Source: Oscillospiraceae bacterium
GTDB lineage: Bacteria > Bacillota > Clostridia > Oscillospirales > CAG-272
Length of the DNA: 56,574 nt
Assembly: GCA_015064345.1 (NCBI GenBank)
Contig: SVSK01000006.1
Location: 1-56,574, forward strand
Reading direction: 5' to 3'
Shown here: positions 52,833-56,574 of the stretch, piece by piece
Numbering within the stretch: the first letter of the stretch is position 1
Layout: each line of letters starts with the position of its first letter
Translations under genes and position numbers: made by a program
The notes under the pieces: generated by a model
What the model was told of the DNA's origin: nothing
The model's database searches: none
Seen by the model: the letters and a program-made list of their open reading frames with translations, nothing else

Positions 52833-55529
52833 TTACTTTACTCCGTAGTAAGCCGCAAGAGCCGCGATATCGTCCGCTGTAAGAACGCCGCTTACGATAA
52901 CGATGTCGTCAATGGTTGCGGGAAGTGCGTCGTGAGCCTTGGTTACGTCCTGGCCGAGGATAAGTCCGCTCTCACCTGTCATGGATCCGTCCTTCATCTC
53001 CTCGGGGATCTGTAGTGTGCTGTACGCGCCGAAGTCATAAGCCACGCTTACAGTACCTGCTTCGCGGTCAACTGAGAGGATAACGTGTACCCAGCCGTCC
53101 TGCCAGTCGGAAGGCAGCTTGAATTTGCCCTCGAAGGCGTTCTCACCGTCACCGTAGTTGAATGCGAGAAGGAAATCGTTGTAATCAGTGCTGCCGTGGA
53201 ACTCGTAGCCAAGGGTGATCTCGATACCGTTAGCTTCGTTTTCTGTCCATTTCTTGTTTGTGAGAACTACAGGGTTTCTGTCAACCTTGGAGAACTTGTG
53301 AAGAGGTGTCTTGAACCAGAATGCGATAGAGAAGCTGTCTGTGCCGGGAGCAAATTCGGGGATCTCAACGTATCCGCCATCAAGCTTAACTGCCTCGCCG
53401 TAGAAGCCGTCAACGTACTGTACCCCCTCGGATGCCGCCGCACCTGAGTTCTTGTCAAGACTCTGGTAAGCGAGGATCTTGCCGGGCTGAAGGGCAGTTG
53501 TAATTCCACCCTCGGGAGCTGTCTGACTTACGTTGTCACGGTGATCCACGTTATAGGGGATTGTAGGCTCGGGACGTACTGTTGCGTCCACACCCTCAAA
53601 CAGCCCGCCGGGAACTGTAGAGGTCCAAGACTCGGGAATGTCATATCCGAGAGCGTGGAGAGTGATAGCCGCGATGTCTGTGATTCTGGGGGCGGTCTCA
53701 TTTCCGTCGCTGTCAAGAGAGGTCATCTTACCGCCGTTAATTACAGTCTTACCTGCAACGGCGATCATGATATTCATCTCACCGTCAGTGTCACCGCCGT
53801 GTGTACCGCTGGGTGTACCGCCGTGGTCAGCAGTGAAGATCACAAGTGAGTTCTTGAGATAGCCCTGCTCGCTGAGTGCCTTGAAGAGCTGTCCGATGTA
53901 GCCGTCGGTGATCTCAAGCTGGTTTACATAGTGCTGGCTGCCAAATCCCGTGCCGTGACCCTTGCCGTCAACCTGGTCATACTGAACGTAGAGCACCTTC
54001 GGGTCGTTTGTCTTGATATATTCAATGATCTGTGCGGTATTGTCAGCGTCATCGGAGGGATATGCCTTATAAACGCCGATATTTTCTTCAATGATACCGC
54101 TGTTAATGTCGCCCCATGTTGTGAAGGAAGCGAGAGTTGCGTCGGGATCAGCCTCGCGGATAACACGCATGAAGCTGGGATAAGCGGAATCGGGATCGAA
54201 GGGATCGCTGGTGGTGGAGTTTGTCTCACCGTGGATCTCGGGCTCAACACCGTGGAACATGGAGGTCCATGCCTGTGTACTGATGGAGGGAGTTACAGTC
54301 TGTGCAGAATATGTGACAGTACCCTCGGACACTATCTTATTGATATAGGGTGTTTCAGCGTAATCGAACGTACCTGCGCCGTCAACACCGATGATGATAA
54401 CTCTCTCGTATGTATCTGTTCCGTCGTCCTCATATAGTGCGGAAACGTCAAGATCGTCAGCCATTTCCGTGTTGTCGGTGTCATAGAGAGGAATACCCTC
54501 GGGACGCTCGCCCGCAACGTAGCCGTTAAAGAATCCGTCGGGAACCATAGAACACCAGCTCTCGGGCTGCTTTATGCCAAGAGCATAAGCAACGATTGCC
54601 GCTGAATCAAGAGTGAGCATAGACTTGGAGTCGAACTCACTGTTTACAGTCTTACCTGTCGCCGCAAAAGTGCAGTTTGTTACCACTGACTTTGTTGAGT
54701 CGACATGATATTTTCCGCTTCCGCCATGGTCGGTTGTAACGATGAAGAGTGTGTTTTCAATGTTACCCTTAGCCTCAAGAGCAGCGTAGATGTCGGCAAT
54801 ATATTTGTCAGTACCTTCAAGAACGGATATATACTTCTGTCCGCCGTAATCGTTTGCAGCACCGGATTTGTCAACTTCATCAAGCTGAACGAACAGAAGC
54901 TTGGGATCGTTTGCCTTAATGTAGTCTACAACCTTCTTAGTAAGAGTCGCGTCAGAGTCAGCGGTGTCCTTGTAAACGTCGATGTTGTCTTCAATAAGAC
55001 CCACATTAAAGTCTGACCATGTTGCAAAGGAAGCGATAGCCGCATCGGGATATGCTTCTCTTGCAAGACGGAAGATAGTCGGGTACTTGGAATTTGAAAG
55101 GTAAGGACCTTCGTCAACACCGCCCATGTTTACCCAGTGCATATCGGGAGTTGTACCTGTGAGGATAGAACCCCAGGATTCAGCATGGTTTATGGGAGCA
55201 GAAGCGGCTACTCTGTAGTTAATAATGCCGTTTTCGAATATCCTATCGAACTCGGGCATATTGGCCTTTCTGATGAATGAGCCTGCACCGTCGATACCGA
55301 TGATAACAACGCGATCGTAAACAGTTGCCTTATCACGTGTTGTATCAAGGCCTACGGGCTTAGCTACACCCTCTTCAGGCTCCGCTTCCGCCACGTTATC
55401 CTGTGCAAGCATTGTGCGGATGAGCTTGGCGAGAGTAAATCTCTTCAAAAACGGGCTTGCGGCAGTGGCGGAGATCACCATACCGAAGCACATTGAGAGA
55501 ACGAGAATAAGTGCAATTATCTTCTTCAT
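52833..55529 (-). CDS. Secreted protein: two AP/NPP-superfamily domains plus LamG-like domain
   Basis: AAGGAG RBS before ATG 55529; signal peptide; two Y.RV.IIG.DG..DHGG units; LamG-like C-terminus as in the neighbours. Confidence 0.88.
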   Translation of the reverse strand: MKKIIALILVLSMCFGMVISATAASPFLKRFTLAKLIRTMLAQDNVAEAEPEEGVAKPVGLDTTRDKATVYDRVVIIGIDGAGSFIRKANMPEFDRIFENGIINYRVAASAPINHAESWGSILTGTTPDMHWVNMGGVDEGPYLSNSKYPTIFRLAREAYPDAAIASFATWSDFNVGLIEDNIDVYKDTADSDATLTKKVVDYIKANDPKLLFVQLDEVDKSGAANDYGGQKYISVLEGTDKYIADIYAALEAKGNIENTLFIVTTDHGGSGKYHVDSTKSVVTNCTFAATGKTVNSEFDSKSMLTLDSAAIVAYALGIKQPESWCSMVPDGFFNGYVAGERPEGIPLYDTDNTEMADDLDVSALYEDDGTDTYERVIIIGVDGAGTFDYAETPYINKIVSEGTVTYSAQTVTPSISTQAWTSMFHGVEPEIHGETNSTTSDPFDPDSAYPSFMRVIREADPDATLASFTTWGDINSGIIEENIGVYKAYPSDDADNTAQIIEYIKTNDPKVLYVQYDQVDGKGHGTGFGSQHYVNQLEITDGYIGQLFKALSEQGYLKNSLVIFTADHGGTPSGTHGGDTDGEMNIMIAVAGKTVINGGKMTSLDSDGNETAPRITDIAAITLHALGYDIPESWTSTVPGGLFEGVDATVRPEPTIPYNVDHRDNVSQTAPEGGITTALQPGKILAYQSLDKNSGAAASEGVQYVDGFYGEAVKLDGGYVEIPEFAPGTDSFSIAFWFKTPLHKFSKVDRNPVVLTNKKWTENEANGIEITLGYEFHGSTDYNDFLLAFNYGDGENAFEGKFKLPSDWQDGWVHVILSVDREAGTVSVAYDFGAYSTLQIPEEMKDGSMTGESGLILGQDVTKAHDALPATIDDIVIVSGVLTADDIAALAAYYGVK

Positions 55530-55566
55530 AATTTGTCTCCTTGTTTGCTTTTTTTGACTTACCCAA

Positions 55567-55595
55567 AGTATACCACCCTGCATGAGCAAATGCAA
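55567..55595 (-). promoter_or_regulatory. sigmaA-type promoter
   Basis: TTGCAT-17 nt-TATACT with TG extended -10. Confidence 0.6.
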
Positions 55596-55671
55596 TACAG
55601 AAAATCCGCCTTGATACCAATTTTGTGGGATCATCCAAAACGCTCGCATGCCTATTGTGCAATGTGACATC

Positions 55672-55701
55672 AAAAAAAGGAACCCGATATCGAGTTCCTT
55701 T
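55672..55701 (-). repeat. Repeat family E hairpin/terminator, copy 3
   Basis: AAAAAAAGGAACCCGATATCGAGTTCCTTT. Confidence 0.7.
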
Positions 55702-55717
55702 GATGTGATTTGTTTGC

Positions 55718-56574
55718 TTACTTTTCTACGCCGTAGTATTCAGCCAGAGCCATGAGGTCGCGCTTGGTAAGTGCACCCTGAACGATAACAATATCGTCAA
55801 GCACTGCAGGAAGTCCCTGGTATCTCTTTGTGGAGTCCTGTCCGATATTGAGAAGACCCGCGTTGAAGGAATTATTCATAAGAGATTCGGGGATTTCTGT
55901 AGTCACAATATCATCGAAGTCATATGCCACGCCTACAGTACCTGCCTGACGGTCAACAACGAGGAGAACGTGCATCCAACCGCCTACAAAGTCAAGAGGA
56001 AGTGCGTTTTCGAAGTCCATTCTGTCCGAACCGTTACCAACATTGAATGTAGTGTCGGATGTACGGAGGGAGAAAATGAAGCCGGGGTTATTACCGCTCG
56101 ACCAGTTCTTATTGGAAATGATGGCGGGGTCACCGTTAACCATGCTGGGAACCTTCATCCAGAAGGAGATGGAATAGCTGTCTGTTCCGGGAACGTAGTC
56201 CCAAAGAGTGATACAACCGTCGTCAAACATACAGCCCTGGCCGAAATATCCGTCTACAAAGTAAAGCTTGCCTGTTTCTTCGGTTTCAAGGCCGAAAGCA
56301 TCCTTACTGTCACCATCAAGAGGGAGATAGTAAGCGATTTCATGTCCTGCGAGAACATCGGTAATGTAGTTGCCGCTGTCAGCTGCAGGTGTGGGTGTGC
56401 TTTCCTTTGTGCGGTAAGCATATTCGAATTCGATAGAATAAACGGGTCGCTTTTCAACAGGAACATAACCCTCAAACACACCGGAAGGCACAATCGCTGT
56501 ATATGTGTCGGGCTGCTGGATTCCGAATGCGTAGAGAACTACAGATGCGATGTCACGGATCTGCATATCTGTTT
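55718..56574 (-). CDS. Third AP/NPP plus LamG paralog (partial; start lies outside the window)
   Basis: IRDIASVVLYAFGIQQP matches the end of the neighbours' phosphatase domain; LamG-like domain; same LAEYYG C-terminus. Confidence 0.85.
   Translation of the reverse strand, partial: TDMQIRDIASVVLYAFGIQQPDTYTAIVPSGVFEGYVPVEKRPVYSIEFEYAYRTKESTPTPAADSGNYITDVLAGHEIAYYLPLDGDSKDAFGLETEETGKLYFVDGYFGQGCMFDDGCITLWDYVPGTDSYSISFWMKVPSMVNGDPAIISNKNWSSGNNPGFIFSLRTSDTTFNVGNGSDRMDFENALPLDFVGGWMHVLLVVDRQAGTVGVAYDFDDIVTTEIPESLMNNSFNAGLLNIGQDSTKRYQGLPAVLDDIVIVQGALTKRDLMALAEYYGVEK

Overview
A 56.6 kb chromosomal stretch, most likely from an anaerobic Gram-positive Clostridia-type bacterium. That assignment is inferred from rnfCDGEAB gene order, DegV, lipoprotein solute-binding proteins, AGGAGG ribosome-binding sites and near-consensus sigmaA promoters. 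There are about 44 CDSs, and I recognise no rRNA, tRNA, CRISPR array, transposase or integrase. Main blocks: (1) a truncated repeat-domain surface protein divergent from a membrane-anchored LuxR regulator; (2) a GH3 hydrolase, nagA and two atypical ROK proteins; (3) a complete Rnf operon followed by NusG-II, Gx transporter, a two-domain FMN-binding-like lipoprotein and ApbE; (4) sugar epimerases and a clan GH-A hydrolase / ceramidase-like / deacetylase trio; (5) a GH2 beta-glucuronidase-uxuAB locus; (6) a HigBA module bracketed by a perfect 44-bp direct repeat; (7) SulP, duplicated solute-binding proteins and a tandem array of alkaline-phosphatase-superfamily/LamG proteins. The top finding is a self-contained two-gene operon (26923-28982) encoding a serine-palmitoyltransferase-like enzyme and a 3-ketosphinganine-reductase-like SDR. 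It is a candidate sphingoid-base pathway in a lineage not known to me as a sphingolipid producer. A second theme is that several locally repeated terminator-hairpin families bound gene modules like cassette junctions. All family calls come from motif recognition by eye; no database searches were run.
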